Below, one piece after another: positions 1 through 11,550 of a DNA stretch of 64,000 bases; the stretch's first letter is position 1; every line of letters starts with the position of its first letter. This stretch comes from an uncultured Planctomycetaceae bacterium (lineage in GTDB: Bacteria > Planctomycetota > Planctomycetia > Isosphaerales > Isosphaeraceae), in assembly GCA_963833985.1 (NCBI GenBank), contig CAWIAD010000001.1, positions 2,272,001-2,336,000 of the forward strand. The letters are read 5' to 3'. Made by a program: the position numbers and the translations under genes. The notes beneath the pieces are model-generated. The model did no database searches. It was given only the letters and a program-made list of their open reading frames with translations, and was not told the origin of the DNA.

Positions 1-371
1 GCATGCATGCTGGCTTCAGGGGCGACTTTGGGTTGGGCGATTGCTTCCTTACCGGTATTGACGACCTGTGCCCCGCCCGTCGCGTTGATGAGCCTGGATT
101 GTTGACGTGCGCGAACTGTCGAATGCGACCCCCAGAGTGGAGGCTTTGCTCGATCTGAGCTGTGCGGTCGAATTCAGAACCTTGCCCGTTTTTTCTCCGG
201 TTCGGTTCGCGATTTGAGAAAAAAGGGCGGAGATCAGTATAGAATAAATGACGAGCTTCACGGCGGGTCAACTCAAGGTGTGGGCCCGCCGTCCCCTGAT
301 CATCGAGCCTGGTTCACCAGATCCGTGAGGTCGAGCATGCCCGTGTCTGACGTCGCGGTGGAGTTTCAGCC

Positions 372-2895
372 ATGAACCGAGGAAGCGTGCTGGGATGGGT
401 CTTGCTGTTCTTGATCAGTGCCAGACCGGCAGCCGCGATGCCTCTCCAGGATCCGGCGGCTTCGGGTACCGGCGGTGCGGGGGGGGTGGCCACGGACGCC
501 GGCAGCAATGACCCGGCTCCAAAACCCTCCGATCGCGTGGCCCAGATGGAAAACCAGCCCATCCGGCCGCTCACGGAGGGCCCGCTGCACGAGGCCTTCC
601 TCTCGCCCCGCAAGGATCGTAACCCGGTTCATGTCGTCAAGGCACCCCCGGCACAGATCAGCGAACGGCCCGCGATCGATCCCCCCAGCGCCAATGCTCA
701 GTGGATCGAAGGCTACTGGGAGTGGGACCCCGGCCGCAAGGATTACGTCTGGGTCACAGGCACCTGGCGGGTGCCTCCGCCGGGAAGGTTCTGGGTCAAC
801 GGCTACTGGAAGCGCGACGAAAGCGGCTGGTACCGTGTCCCCGGTTTCTGGAGCGACCGCAAGACCGATCGGATCGATTACCGCAAGAACGGCCCCCCCC
901 GGGAACGCCTGGACGACGACCCGGGCGAGCCGCCTGCGCCGGACTGCTTCTATGTGCCGGGACAGTATTATCCAGACAAGGACGGCGTGGTCTGGAAGAA
1001 GGGCTTCTGGGCCAGGGTGCAGCCGGGATGGGCGTGGGTGCCCGCAAACTGGATTCGCCAGCCGGAGGGGTGGAGCTTCCAGGAGGGATACTGGGACCGT
1101 ACGCTCGAAGATCGCGGCACACTGTTCGCCCCCGCCGAAGTCAGCAAGTCGGCAAAGGCCAGCGATGACCTGACGTATCAACCCTACACCAAGATTTCTC
1201 CCGAACTGTACGGTCAGCTCTACGGCGGGTTCGGTCGGCCAAATTCGTACTACGACGGGTATCCTGGCGTTTACTACGACGAGACGGGCCGTTTCTACGG
1301 CTATGCCAACTACGGTAACATCGACGGATACTACGGCTACCTCGATTACCCCTACTACGGCGGCGACGGCTATCCTTACTACGCCCAGCCGATCAGCTAT
1401 GGCGGCTACGGCGAGTATGGCGGCTACGGCGGGTATGGCGGCTACGGCGGATATGGCGGCTACGGTCTGTGCGGCGGACTGCTCAGCAGCATTTACGGCT
1501 TCGGATACGGCTATCCCTACTACGGCCTGTACGGGCTGGGTGGATATGGCGGCTTCGGCTATGGCGGGCTCGGATTCGGGGGGCTCGGGTACGGCGGCTT
1601 CGGTTATGGGGGCCTCGGGTACGGCGGGCTCGGATACGGCGGCTTCGGTTATGGGGGCCTTGGGTACGGCGGCTTCGGTTATGGGGGCCTCGGGTACGGC
1701 GGGTTTGGCTTTGGATATCCCTTCGGCTTCGGGCTTGGCTTCGGCTATCCGTTCTACGGGTTCGGTCTCGGGTTTGGATTTCCGTTCTTCGGTTTTCCGT
1801 TCCTGGGGCTGAATGGCTTCCCTTACGGCTACGGTCTGGGATATGGGTACGGCCGCTTTGGAAATCACTATCCCTACGGCGGCAACTACCACCACCACAT
1901 GGGAGGCAACGGCAACGGCAATGGAATGCGGGGCAACGGTAACGGCAACGGGAATCAGAACGGGCGCGGGAACGGCAACCAGGGCGGTGGAAACGGCCGG
2001 AACGGCGGATGGGCGCGGGCAATTCCAGCAGCGTGGTCAGGAATGGCGGGCAAGGAATGAACCGCGGGTCGCTGGCCTCGCGCGGAGGCGTGCGTACGCC
2101 GCCGTCCTCGCACGCGTACGGCAATCCATTTGGTCATCAGAACAGCGGCGTCTCGCGAGCCGTCGGTCGGGGCGGCACGGGGCAGGTTCAGCACGCCACC
2201 ACGATGGCCTCGCACAGCGGCTCGTTCCATTCCTCCTTCAACGGCGTCCATGCGGCCTCCTCGATTCACACCGCGGCGCGGCCGAGTTATTCCGGCGGTG
2301 CCGCGAGCCTCGGAGGCCACCAGGGCCTGGGGGGTAATCTTGGTCAAGCCGGCGGCGCCGGCCTGACGCACGGAGCGGCCGTTGCCAACGGGCTCGGAGC
2401 GGGCCGGGTGGCGCAGGCGGCCTGGGAGGCGGCTCGGGACTCGCGGCGGGCCGAGCGATCGGAGGGATGGCGGGAGCGGGTGCCGCCGGGCCAGGCGTGG
2501 GACATTCCACGGGCATGCCAGGAGGTGCAATCGGCGGCCACTCGCCCATGGCCGGGATGGGCGGCGGTCAAATGGGCGCTGGGGCACCATTGGGCGGGAT
2601 GGGCGGCGGCCACATGGGCGCTGGGGCAGCAGTGGGCGGGATGGGCGGCTATCCAGGGGGCGGACTGGGTGGCGGCGGATTCCGCGGCGCCCCGATGGGA
2701 GGCTACGGCGGGGTTGGCGGTGCTCACCTCGGTGGAGGCTTTGGAGGCTACGGCGGCATGGGTGGCATGGGAGGCTTTAGTGGAGGCCACATGGGCGGCA
2801 TGGGCGGCGGCCACATGGGTGGCATGGGCGGCGGCCACATGGGCGGCATGGGCGGCGGCCACATGGGTGGCGGCGGGGGTGGCGGGCACCGCTAA
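372..2895 (+). CDS. Secreted WXXGXW/YXWGXW-repeat protein with very long Gly/Tyr/Phe- and Gly/Met/His-rich low-complexity tail (two apparent frameshifts, ~2008 and ~2405)
   Basis: Signal peptide, then about 8 WxxGxW-type repeats (WIEGYW, WVTGTW, WVNGYW, WKKGFW, FQEGYW). Gly-rich coding continues across ORFs 372..2060, 2009.. and 2467..2895. Confidence 0.8.
1400..1800 (+). repeat. Coding tandem repeats: GGY triplets, then (GGFGY-GGLGY)n 15/30-bp units
   Basis: Repeated ggcggcttcggttatgggggcctcgggtac units visible at ~1590-1700. Confidence 0.9.
2755..2875 (+). repeat. Coding tandem repeat (GGHMGGMG)n, 24-bp unit
   Basis: ggcggccacatgggcggcatgggc-like unit repeated about 4 times. Confidence 0.9.
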
Positions 2896-2952
2896 ACGTG
2901 GCGGGGCGAATCCCGCGACGCGCTCCCCTGGACCGGTTTTCGACCGTGGCAG

Positions 2953-4268
2953 CTAGGACCAGACCGGCTGCCCGGTCGATCTCATGACGGCCGTCCAGAG
3001 GTCGCTCGTGAGGTCAAGCTGCCGCCTGCGGGAGATTGTCGTGCTGATCGGCACATGGATCAGCTCGTTGTGCCAGTAACCGATCAACACATCCGTTTTT
3101 CCTGCCATCCCCGCGTGCACGGCCATGCGCGCCATCTGATCGCTGAGGATGCGATCGCCCGTGTTCGCGGGCACGCTGCGGATGTAGTAGCTCGGGTCGA
3201 TGTACTTGAGATTGATCGAAACTCCCCGCCGTTTGAAGTGGCTCTGGATGCGGTCACGGAGGAAGAGGCCAATATCCTCGTGGAGCAGGTTGCCCGATGC
3301 GTCGGTGCGGCCTTCTCGTGACTCCAGCAAGTGCTGACCGGCACCTTCCGCGACCACGACCAGGGCGTGGTTCTTGCCCAGCACCCGCTGCTCCAGGCTG
3401 GCCAGAAAGCCGTCCTCACCGTCAAGCCGGAAGGGCACCTCCGGAATCAGCACGAAATTGGCATCCTGGCTGGCGAGCGCCGCACCTGCCGCGATGAACC
3501 CCGCGTTGCGGCCCATCAGCTTGACAAGCCCGACCCCGTTGGGCGCCCCCGCGCCTCGACGTGAGCGCCGCGGAGCACCTCTTCAGCCTTTTCCAGGGCG
3601 GTGTGGTAACCGAACGAGGTGAACACGAAGCAGATGTCGTTGTCGATGGTCTTGGGTATACCGACGATGGCCTTGGATAGCCCGCGGCGATGAACTTCCT
3701 GGTAGATGGCCGAAGCTCCGCGCTGTGTGCCGTCGCCGCCGACGCAGAACAGCAGATCGATTCTCTCGCGTTCCAGCGTGTCCACGATGACGCCCACATC
3801 CTGGTTGCCGCGCGAGCTTCCCAGCACGGTTCCTCCGAGGTAGTGGATGTTCTCCATGAACTGAGGGTTGAGGTCGACCAGCTTCAGTCCCGAAGCGGGG
3901 GTGAGCCCGAGATACCCGTTCCGCACGCCGAGCACGCGCGGCACCAGGTAGTTGTAGGCCAGCTCGGCATAGACCGAGCGGATCACGTTGTTGAGGCCCG
4001 GTGAAAGTCCTCCGCAGGTGACGACGGCGGCGGAGGTCCGCACCGGATCAAAGAAAATCTTCTGGCGCGGGCCGGACTCCTCAAAAGAGATCGCTTCCAT
4101 GCCGTCGATCCCGGGGCCGCACTTGTGCTGGTAACGGATGCGCGAGGAGTCCGAAATGAAACCCGGATCGCGGAGGCGCACCAGCGGCGACTCGATGGTG
4201 CACGGCCCCAGTGACGTGATCCGCAGTTCGTCAGGCGTGAGCATGAGGGCGATCTCCGGGGCCAGCAT
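2953..4268 (-). CDS. pfkA: ATP-dependent 6-phosphofructokinase (frameshift ~3548)
   Basis: Motifs TCGGLSPGLNNVIR, GGTVLGSSRG, GGDGTQRG and PKTIDNDI in 3516..4268; LMGRNAGFIA, PEVPF, VVAEG and YIDPSYYIRS in 2953..3516. One extra C in the C5 run rejoins the frames. Confidence 0.92.
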
Positions 4269-4312
4269 CGGCTAAAGTCCGTGAAGGGATGAGCCTTCAC
4301 ACGCAGCGAGAG

Positions 4313-5931
4313 CTAGTGGCGGAAGTGTCGGCGGCCGGTCAGCACCATGGCCATCTGGTGCTCGTCGCAAGCGCGGAGGGTGTCGTCGTCTCGCTTCGAG
4401 CCGCCAGGCTGGATTATGGCCGTGATGCCGGCGGCCGCGGCCGCGTCGGGACCGTCGCGAAATGGGAAGAAGGCATCGGAGGCCAGCACAGCGCCGCGTG
4501 CCCGATCGCCGGCCTTGTCGATGGCGATACGCACCGAGTCCAGACGGCTCATTTGCCCCGCCCCCACCCCCAGGAGCTGTCCCTCGCGTGCCACGACGAT
4601 CGCATTCGACTTGACCATGCTGCACACCCGCCAGGCAAAGGCCAGGTCGCGAAGCTCGCTCTCTCCGGGGCTGCGCTGCGTGGCGACCTTTCCCGCGGCC
4701 GGATCGCTCTCAACCTGGTCCCACTCCTGCGCCAGCAGGCCCCCCTCGATGCGCCTCAGGTCCAGGCCTTTCGGCAGCGGATCGGCCGGACCGATCGGCG
4801 TGCCGAGCGCGACCAGGCGAACACTTTTCTTCCAGCTTGGCCGCGTGGTCAGCCACTCGAGTGCGTCGGGCTCGAATCCGGGCGCCAGGATCGCCTCGAG
4901 GAACCGGCCCGGCTGGCACATGCGCCGGGCCGTTGCCAGGTCCACGGTGCGGTTGAGCCCGACGATTCCTCCGAACGCGCTGACGGGGTCACCTTCGTAG
5001 GCCCGCTCGAAGGCGGCCTCCAGCTCGGCGGCGACGGCCGCTCCGCAGGGGTTGTTGTGCTTGAGGACGCAGGCAAACGGCTCGGCGAACATCCGGATAA
5101 GCTTGAGGGCGCTGTCCAGATCGAGCAGATTGTTGTACGACAGCTCCTTTCCATGCAGGACGCTGGCTGCCGCCAGGGTGCCCTTGTGCGCCGGGGGTCG
5201 ATATCCAGGTAGAACGCCGCGGCCTGGTGTGGGTTCTCGCCGTAGCGAAGTCCACGCTCACGCTGAAAGCGAGCGAGCAGGACCGGCGGAAACGGGCCGG
5301 CGGCTTCGGTCTGGAAGCCCGGCTGCTGCTGAAGGTACGCGGCGATGGCCGCGTCGTAGCGGGCCGTCTGGTTGAAGGCCGCCAGTGAAAGCGCCTTGCG
5401 GAACTGACCGGTCGTACCGCCGTGGGCTTGCAGCTCCTCGAGCAACATTGCGTACTGATCGGGGGAAGTCACCACCGCGACGTGGGCGTGGTTCTTGGCT
5501 GCCCCGCGGATGAGCGAAGGACCGCCGATGTCGATGTTCTCGACGGCCTCATCGAAGCTCGCGGCCGGGTCGGCGATGGTCTCCTCGAAGGGATACAGGT
5601 TGACCACCACCAGGTCGATCACATCGATTCCGGATTCTTGAAGCGTTTCGAGATCCCCGGGGAGGTTCCGGCGCGCCAGGATGCCGCCATGGATCCTCGG
5701 GTGCAGCGTCTTCACGCGTCCACCCAGAATCTCTGGTTGCCCGGTGTAGTCGGCGACTTCCCGGACGGGTAATCCGGCGGCCAGCAAGGCGGTACGGGTT
5801 CCACCGCTTCCGAGCAGGGCCACGTTGCGTTCGATGAGCACGCGTGCCAACTCGACCAGACCTGTCTTGTCCGAGACGCTCAGGAGGGCTCGTTGCACGG
5901 GAACGATGTCGGTGGAGACTCGGCTGGGCAT
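4313..5931 (-). CDS. purH: Bifunctional AICAR formyltransferase / IMP cyclohydrolase (frameshift ~5195)
   Basis: RALLSVSDKTG, GRVKTLHP, ENIDIGGPS and LRYGENPHQ in 4849..5931; KHNNPCG, VKSNAIV, SDAFFPF, IQPGGS and RHFRH in 4313..5092. Confidence 0.95.
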
Positions 5932-6106
5932 GGTTGCTCGATGTTCCGGTAGAGGATCGCGGCCGGTCCGATGGGCAAACCCGGGCGGCCTGCACAGTCA
6001 CCAGCGGCCAGGCGCCGGCTGCCGTGCAGGCCGCCATCGAATGTCCATCGATTATGACGCAGACTCTCTCCCAAAACGAGCGGGGACCAGCCACGCCAGG
6101 GGTGCA

Positions 6107-7537
6107 TCAGCCGGGTCCCGGCGCTCCGTCGTCTTTCGGCTTGTCGGCTTTCGGATCCTCCTTGGGAGCACCGGCGTCGGGCGGCGGAGCACCCATCTCT
6201 GGTTCCGCGGGCGCCGCGGCGTCTGCGTCCTGAGCGTTGGGCTTGTCCTTGACGTCCGCCGGTGATCCGGCGGACTTGTCTCCCACGGGCACGCTGACTG
6301 GAGTCAATTTCACGCCTTCTGGCGGGATGTAGCCGAAGGGCAAGGCCTTGGGATCACGCAGCAGTTTGGGTTGCGTGGAGCCAAGCTCGCGCAGTCGCGA
6401 TGACCATACCCGAATCGGTGCCGAAGTAAAGCCGGTCGTCGTACCGGTTCAGCATCGAGAGACCATACTCGCGAAGGTTCAGCCCCGCCCGCTGCCGCGT
6501 GGATGCCGGGTCGGCCAGGGTCCGGCCGCTGGCCCGGTCAATCACGTAAAGGTCGTTGTTCCAGGAACGCAGGTAGATCTTGGAACCGCCGACAGCGACC
6601 AGCCGGGCGCCCAGTGTCAAGGTGGTCCACCGTGCGGCGCCCGTGGCCGGGTCCAGCAAGGTCAGGTAGCCCGCCTGGTTGATCGAGTAGATATCCTCGC
6701 CCGCAACGACCGGCGACTGGTCGATGGGGCCGCCGGAGGAGAAAGTCCAGAGTGGATTCGAGGTCAGCAGGTCCACCGCGTAGAGGTTGTAATCGCCAGA
6801 CGGAATGAGCAGCGTCCTGGTGCCGTAACTTCCCAGGCCCTCCCCGATCGGTCCACCGGTTCGCACCCGGTACAGCGGAGTGCGCTCCGAGTTCATGACC
6901 ACGTAGACACGCCCGTCCGTGCTCCCCAGCGCGGTCACATGCTCGGCGGGCAAGGGAAGAGTGTGGATGGGACCGCTGGTCTGCCAGTTCCAGGCCTCGA
7001 CCGGTTTGGTCCGGATTTTCGTTTCCCCCTTCGGGGTTTTCTCGCGCAGGCTGTATGCGTAAACCTTGCCTTCCATGGTGCCAACCATCACTCGATCTTC
7101 GTCGCAGGACGTACCGCAGGAAGGGATCGTTCCCAGCGAATGCTTCCATACGGGTCTTCCCGTCTGCCGGTCCAGCGCGGTCAGGACGTCGGCCGCCGTT
7201 CCGTAAACGCCGAAAGAGTTCGAGGACACCGGACGTGCCATCGGTGTGAAGGCGCCCAGGTTGACCCACCACATCGACTTCCCGCTGTGAACATCGTAGA
7301 CATGCAAGGAACCGTGGTCGGTCTGGGCAAAAAACAGGTCGGCGCTGCGGCTGATACGCACCAGCCGCTCGGTCGCGTTCAACGGAACCACCACCATCCA
7401 TTGCCGCTCGAGCCCGACGCGCACGGCGCCGTGCGTGAGGGAACCAGGTCCGCCGCATACGGAGACTGCGCTCGAATTGATGGCCCGCCCAAGGTCAGGA
7501 GCGCGACTGCCCAGACCGGAGCAAGACGGCAAAACAT
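6107..7537 (-). CDS. PQQ-binding-like beta-propeller (BamB-like) secreted protein with acidic/Pro-rich tail (frameshifts ~7427 and ~6395)
   Basis: Signal peptide MFCRLAPVWAVALL... in frame 7379..7591; repeated ALDxxTGxxxW propeller motifs in 6354..7574; tail in 6107..6343. Confidence 0.8.
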
Positions 7538-7866
7538 GGACTGTTCCTTTCCGATACCCAGTGGACGCCGGCAACGAGAATCGTCAATCATCCCTAGCCG
7601 ACAGTCCTTGGCTCGTCAAGTTGGGAAGACGGGGGAATATGCCAAAGTTGCGTGATATCCGGAAAAATCCGAATGGAAGCAGGCAGTATCGGGCGTCCGA
7701 CGAGACGGATGCGGCCTGATACGGCACTGTCGAGATGAACGGTGGACCACCGATCCGAGAGACCAGCTCCGGTAGAATTGTAGCGCATTGTTCAAGTGAA
7801 AGCACGCCAGGCGGAAAGGGAATTGCCCGGCTTGTTGCGACCAGACAGTTGCCGCGGCCAACCGCT

Positions 7867-8793
7867 TCAGCCGGCTGGGCCGGCCGCGCCGACCTGACCC
7901 AGGCAAGCGGGACACGCGCTGGCCAGTCCCAGGAAGGGCTGACCACACCGCGGGCAGAGACCGGCGCTGCGGCGGAGGGTCGGCAGCGATGCACGCAGGC
8001 TGGCGCCGTCGGCGGTGTGGCTGAAGGCGTCGGCGATCCGGGTGGCCAGAATGGCGAGCTCGGGCTGGATCTTCCCGCCCCGTAGTCGATTGTGGAGCAG
8101 CCGCAAGAACCAGCGTGAGAGGTCGGCATCGAGATTGGCCGTGGCTTCGTCATCGAGCAGGGGAGCCAGTGACTGATAGAGTTCAAGCACCCGGTCGGCA
8201 TCGCTGACTTCCCGCGCCGCCCTGAGCTGAGCGAGCTGCGCGGTGCGTGCATGAGCCCGCGCCGATTCAGCCTCCGCGCGGAGTGCTTCCAGCCCCGGTT
8301 CACGCGGCTCCGCCTGCTCGCGCGCCTCGAGCAGAGCCATGGCCTCGATCAGGTTGCCGTCCTGGATGAACCGCCGGATCTCCGCGATCGCCTGCCCACG
8401 AGTTGCCGCGGCCCGGACCTCGGCGGTCTCGTCCGCTCCCCAGCCCTGGACCTGGGCCGCGGCGGCGCGCCGGGGCAGCCAGCAGGTCAGGGCGCGCAAC
8501 ACCGAGGCAAGGGTAAGACCGGCCAGCGTGAGCCCGCCGCCGAGGGCAAGCATCCCCAGCAGCCCGGAGAGCCAGCCGCCGGCACTGCCTGCGGCCGCGG
8601 CCACGCTCTCCAACAACAGCCGTGCACCACCCAGCAAACCCACGACGGGCAGTCCCCAGGCCAGCGCCGCGGCCATTCGGTCGACGTCGTCCAGTCGCGT
8701 GCGCAGATCGCTCTCGGGGTCGGAATGGCTTCCGCGCTCTCTGCCGGCAGGGTCGCCGGATTGTGCGTACTGGGGTGGAGCGGCGTCGTTCAT
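7867..8793 (-). CDS. Hypothetical membrane protein (2 TM, helical region, C-terminal CxxC...CxxC zinc ribbon)
   Basis: Two hydrophobic segments and the C-terminal motif CPRCGQPFLGLASACPAC. Start chosen at MNDAAP. Confidence 0.7.
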   Translation of the reverse strand: MNDAAPPQYAQSGDPAGRERGSHSDPESDLRTRLDDVDRMAAALAWGLPVVGLLGGARLLLESVAAAAGSAGGWLSGLLGMLALGGGLTLAGLTLASVLRALTCWLPRRAAAAQVQGWGADETAEVRAAATRGQAIAEIRRFIQDGNLIEAMALLEAREQAEPREPGLEALRAEAESARAHARTAQLAQLRAAREVSDADRVLELYQSLAPLLDDEATANLDADLSRWFLRLLHNRLRGGKIQPELAILATRIADAFSHTADGASLRASLPTLRRSAGLCPRCGQPFLGLASACPACLGQVGAAGPAG

Positions 8794-9032
8794 GGGAGCA
8801 AGATCCTGGCGAACGTTCCGTGATGCGATCAAGGATCGGAACGCTGTTATTATTCCCGGAAAGGCAGGGCAGGGCCATCCTCTCCGTCCACGGCGACCTG
8901 AAGGTGGGTGCGGTACGGAAGGGCGCGGATGAAACGCAAAAGGACCGCCGCGCGAGCGCCTGGGGGCGTACGCATGGCGGTCCTGCGAGCGGGCCATGGG
9001 TCAGGATGAGGGACCTGGCGGCTGCGACGCCG

Positions 9033-9563
9033 TCACGAGCCGAACTGCTTGGCGATCCGGTTGATCGCCGCGGGGGTATCGAGGCTCGATTCGTCCAGGT
9101 GGTAGGACATACTGTAGGCGTCTTCTCCGGTGTCCTCAAAGTGCTCGCGGACAACCTCGGCCGCGCGGAAGCCGGCGACACGGAAGAAGAACTGGGCCGA
9201 CAGGTTGGTCTCGCGCACCAGCAAGGCGATCCGGTTCCGGCGCTGGGTTGAGAGCTTTCCAGCAAGCTTGGCCACCATCTGGCGGCCGATGCCCTGGCGG
9301 CGCATCTGCGGATGGGTGGCGAAGTCGAGGACATGGATCTTGTTGCGGTGCAGTTCATAGATCATGAAGCCGACGATCCGCTCGCCGAGCTCGGCAACCA
9401 TGCCAATGCAGTTCCTCTGGCGGAGCACCCGAAGGAACTCCTCCTCGCACCAGGGGTACTCGAAGCTCGCGTGCTCGATGGCCATCACCTCGGGCATGTC
9501 GCGGCGAATCATCCACCGTATATGCACACGCGTCTGGGCCAGTGGGGTGGGAACCGTGCTCAT
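9033..9563 (-). CDS. rimI: Ribosomal-protein-alanine N-acetyltransferase (GNAT)
   Basis: IRWMIRRDMPEV.AIE..SF..PW, RRQGIG, LLVRETNLSAQ.FF...GF, EDAY.M; RBS GGAGG precedes ATG 9563. Confidence 0.85.
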   Translation of the reverse strand: MSTVPTPLAQTRVHIRWMIRRDMPEVMAIEHASFEYPWCEEEFLRVLRQRNCIGMVAELGERIVGFMIYELHRNKIHVLDFATHPQMRRQGIGRQMVAKLAGKLSTQRRNRIALLVRETNLSAQFFFRVAGFRAAEVVREHFEDTGEDAYSMSYHLDESSLDTPAAINRIAKQFGS

Positions 9564-9753
9564 CGAGCCTCCTTCCATGGAACGAACCGAGACGACCGGC
9601 TGCACTCGCGCCCCGGAGCGCTCCGACCGTGCAATCCTAGGTCACCGTCGCCGGCAAAGAGCCGAGGGGACTGGGAATGGAGACGATTCCGTTGGAAATG
9701 CGTCTGTAATGATGCGAGCGATCGCCCCACCGCGAATCAGCATTGCGAGGCGG

Positions 9754-9782
9754 ATTCTAGCGAAGGGGCATCACCCTGCCAA
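9754..9782 (-). promoter_or_regulatory. Sigma70-type promoter upstream of rimI
   Basis: Minus strand TTGGCA-N17-TAGAAT. Confidence 0.5.
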
Positions 9783-10020
9783 GGTCGCTTCTCCGGTCCG
9801 ACCGTCGGCCGAGGGCCATCCCGCCGCTGGCCCGAAGAGTGTCCCGCACCGCATCGATCGCCGGCATGCGCCCAGCCATTCCGCCTCCCTCGTTCCCCTA
9901 TTATCGACCACGGGGCGACGAATCATGAGGTTTGTGGCAATGACAGCGAATGTGCGGGAACAGGCGTCACGGAGCAGGTGCGCCGGGTTATCGAACCGCT
10001 TCGCAGGGAAGCCGCACCGG

Positions 10021-11115
10021 TCAGAAGCGGCCGAAGGCATACGCGCGATTACAGGCATCGAAGTCGATGTCGCCCAGACCCACGTTCACCTTCAGATCCA
10101 CGTAGGTGTATTCCTCGAGCAAGTCGGCGCAGGCACCCGTGGTGCTGGGCCAGTCGTAGCCCTCGAAGCGGATTGGGAGTTTCAACTCCGAATCGATGAA
10201 GAGCCTCACCTTGTGAAACTGGAAGTCAGGCTTGCGGCGCGGATGAACGGCCTCGACAAGGGAGCAGCGGCGCGGGCCGATCGTCATCTCGTCGTCGAAC
10301 ACCACCACAGATTCCTCGGCACTGAGCTCGGCCACCCAGCGCCGGGCAACCGTGTCGATCAAGGCGCCAATGCCCGCGTCGGTGATCGGATGGCGATTGT
10401 CCTCCATGGCCATGGCCGAGCTCGGTTCAAGCTCCAGCGTCCCGGCCAGAAGTTTCGTGAACCCGACTTCGTGAGCCAGGATCTTGCCGCCGTTCTGCCC
10501 GTCAACAAAAATGGCCTCGCGCCCCTTGCAGGGCGCCACAAATCGGAAGTAGATGCTCCGCGGGTTGCTGCGGGCCTTCATCGACATCACGTAGAGCGGC
10601 GTCATCCGGCCTTCGATTCGCTCCCGCTTGTAAAATGTGCATGTATAATCGGCGACCGTTGTAAACTGGGTCTGGCACGCCTTGATGACTCGCAGCGCCC
10701 GAGCGACCGGGGTCTCATCGATGGTTGCTGCCGAGGGGACGGGACGGGCGGCAATGTCCGCCTTGAGACCGTTTCCGTCAGGGCTGGAACCGGCGTGAGT
10801 GCTCGTCAGACCTGTGGTCAATGCCACTCGCTGTGCGGCCGATGCGGAGGCGCCTACCGGCTTAGAGACGGAAGCTGCCTTGCTCGCCGGCAGTCGCGAA
10901 GGCGGGCTCTTACTGGCATTGGCATTGGCGTTGGCATTGGGGACCGCCGGCCTGGAGCCGTCATCCGCGGAGCGACCGGCAGCCGGCCCGGGTGTCTCGC
11001 ACCATCCCGTGGCTGCCCAGAAGGTTCCGGCAAGGAGCAATACCCTGCAAAGCGTGCCAGCAAGGACAGAGTCGGTGCCTGCCCGGTCCGCAGATTCGCA
11101 TCGGTCGGTCGGCAT
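10021..11115 (-). CDS. DUF1571 domain-containing protein
   Basis: DYTCTFYKRERIEG, P.SIY.RF..P.KGREAIFVDG.N.GK, RHPIT.AGIG, LPIRFEGYDWP, LLEEYTY. Start uncertain. Confidence 0.8.
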   Translation of the reverse strand: MPTDRCESADRAGTDSVLAGTLCRVLLLAGTFWAATGWCETPGPAAGRSADDGSRPAVPNANANANASKSPPSRLPASKAASVSKPVGASASAAQRVALTTGLTSTHAGSSPDGNGLKADIAARPVPSAATIDETPVARALRVIKACQTQFTTVADYTCTFYKRERIEGRMTPLYVMSMKARSNPRSIYFRFVAPCKGREAIFVDGQNGGKILAHEVGFTKLLAGTLELEPSSAMAMEDNRHPITDAGIGALIDTVARRWVAELSAEESVVVFDDEMTIGPRRCSLVEAVHPRRKPDFQFHKVRLFIDSELKLPIRFEGYDWPSTTGACADLLEEYTYVDLKVNVGLGDIDFDACNRAYAFGRF

Positions 11116-11550
11116 GTCTGGTACGCTCCCCACCGCGTATGCCCTGAACTTTGGTTGAACGGCAATCAGACCGGTCGCGGCGCAGAAATCCCGGCGCAAC
11201 TCGAACGAACCGGCTGCAACAGCCGAGCTGCTCACGAGAGGACACGACGATTCTCTGCTCCGGTGATTCGCGCGGTTGAGCGGCTGGAAGCAAGGAGTGG
11301 CCTGAGGTCTTCCAGTCTCCCACCAAAACATTATTCTATCACGCAACTTGTACGCCAACCCGAACTCTCGCGTTTTTTTGGCAGCCCGGGTATGCTCGGC
11401 GTATCAGCCTGCAAACTTGACCGGTTCGACCGAGATGGCCTCATCGCCGGCAAGAGGCGAATGCTCCTTGAGCTTGCCGTTGCAGCCCCGATCTTGTCCG
11501 AGCCCCTGAACCGTCCCCTGGAATCGCTTCGCGCCGCGAAAGGAAAGCCG

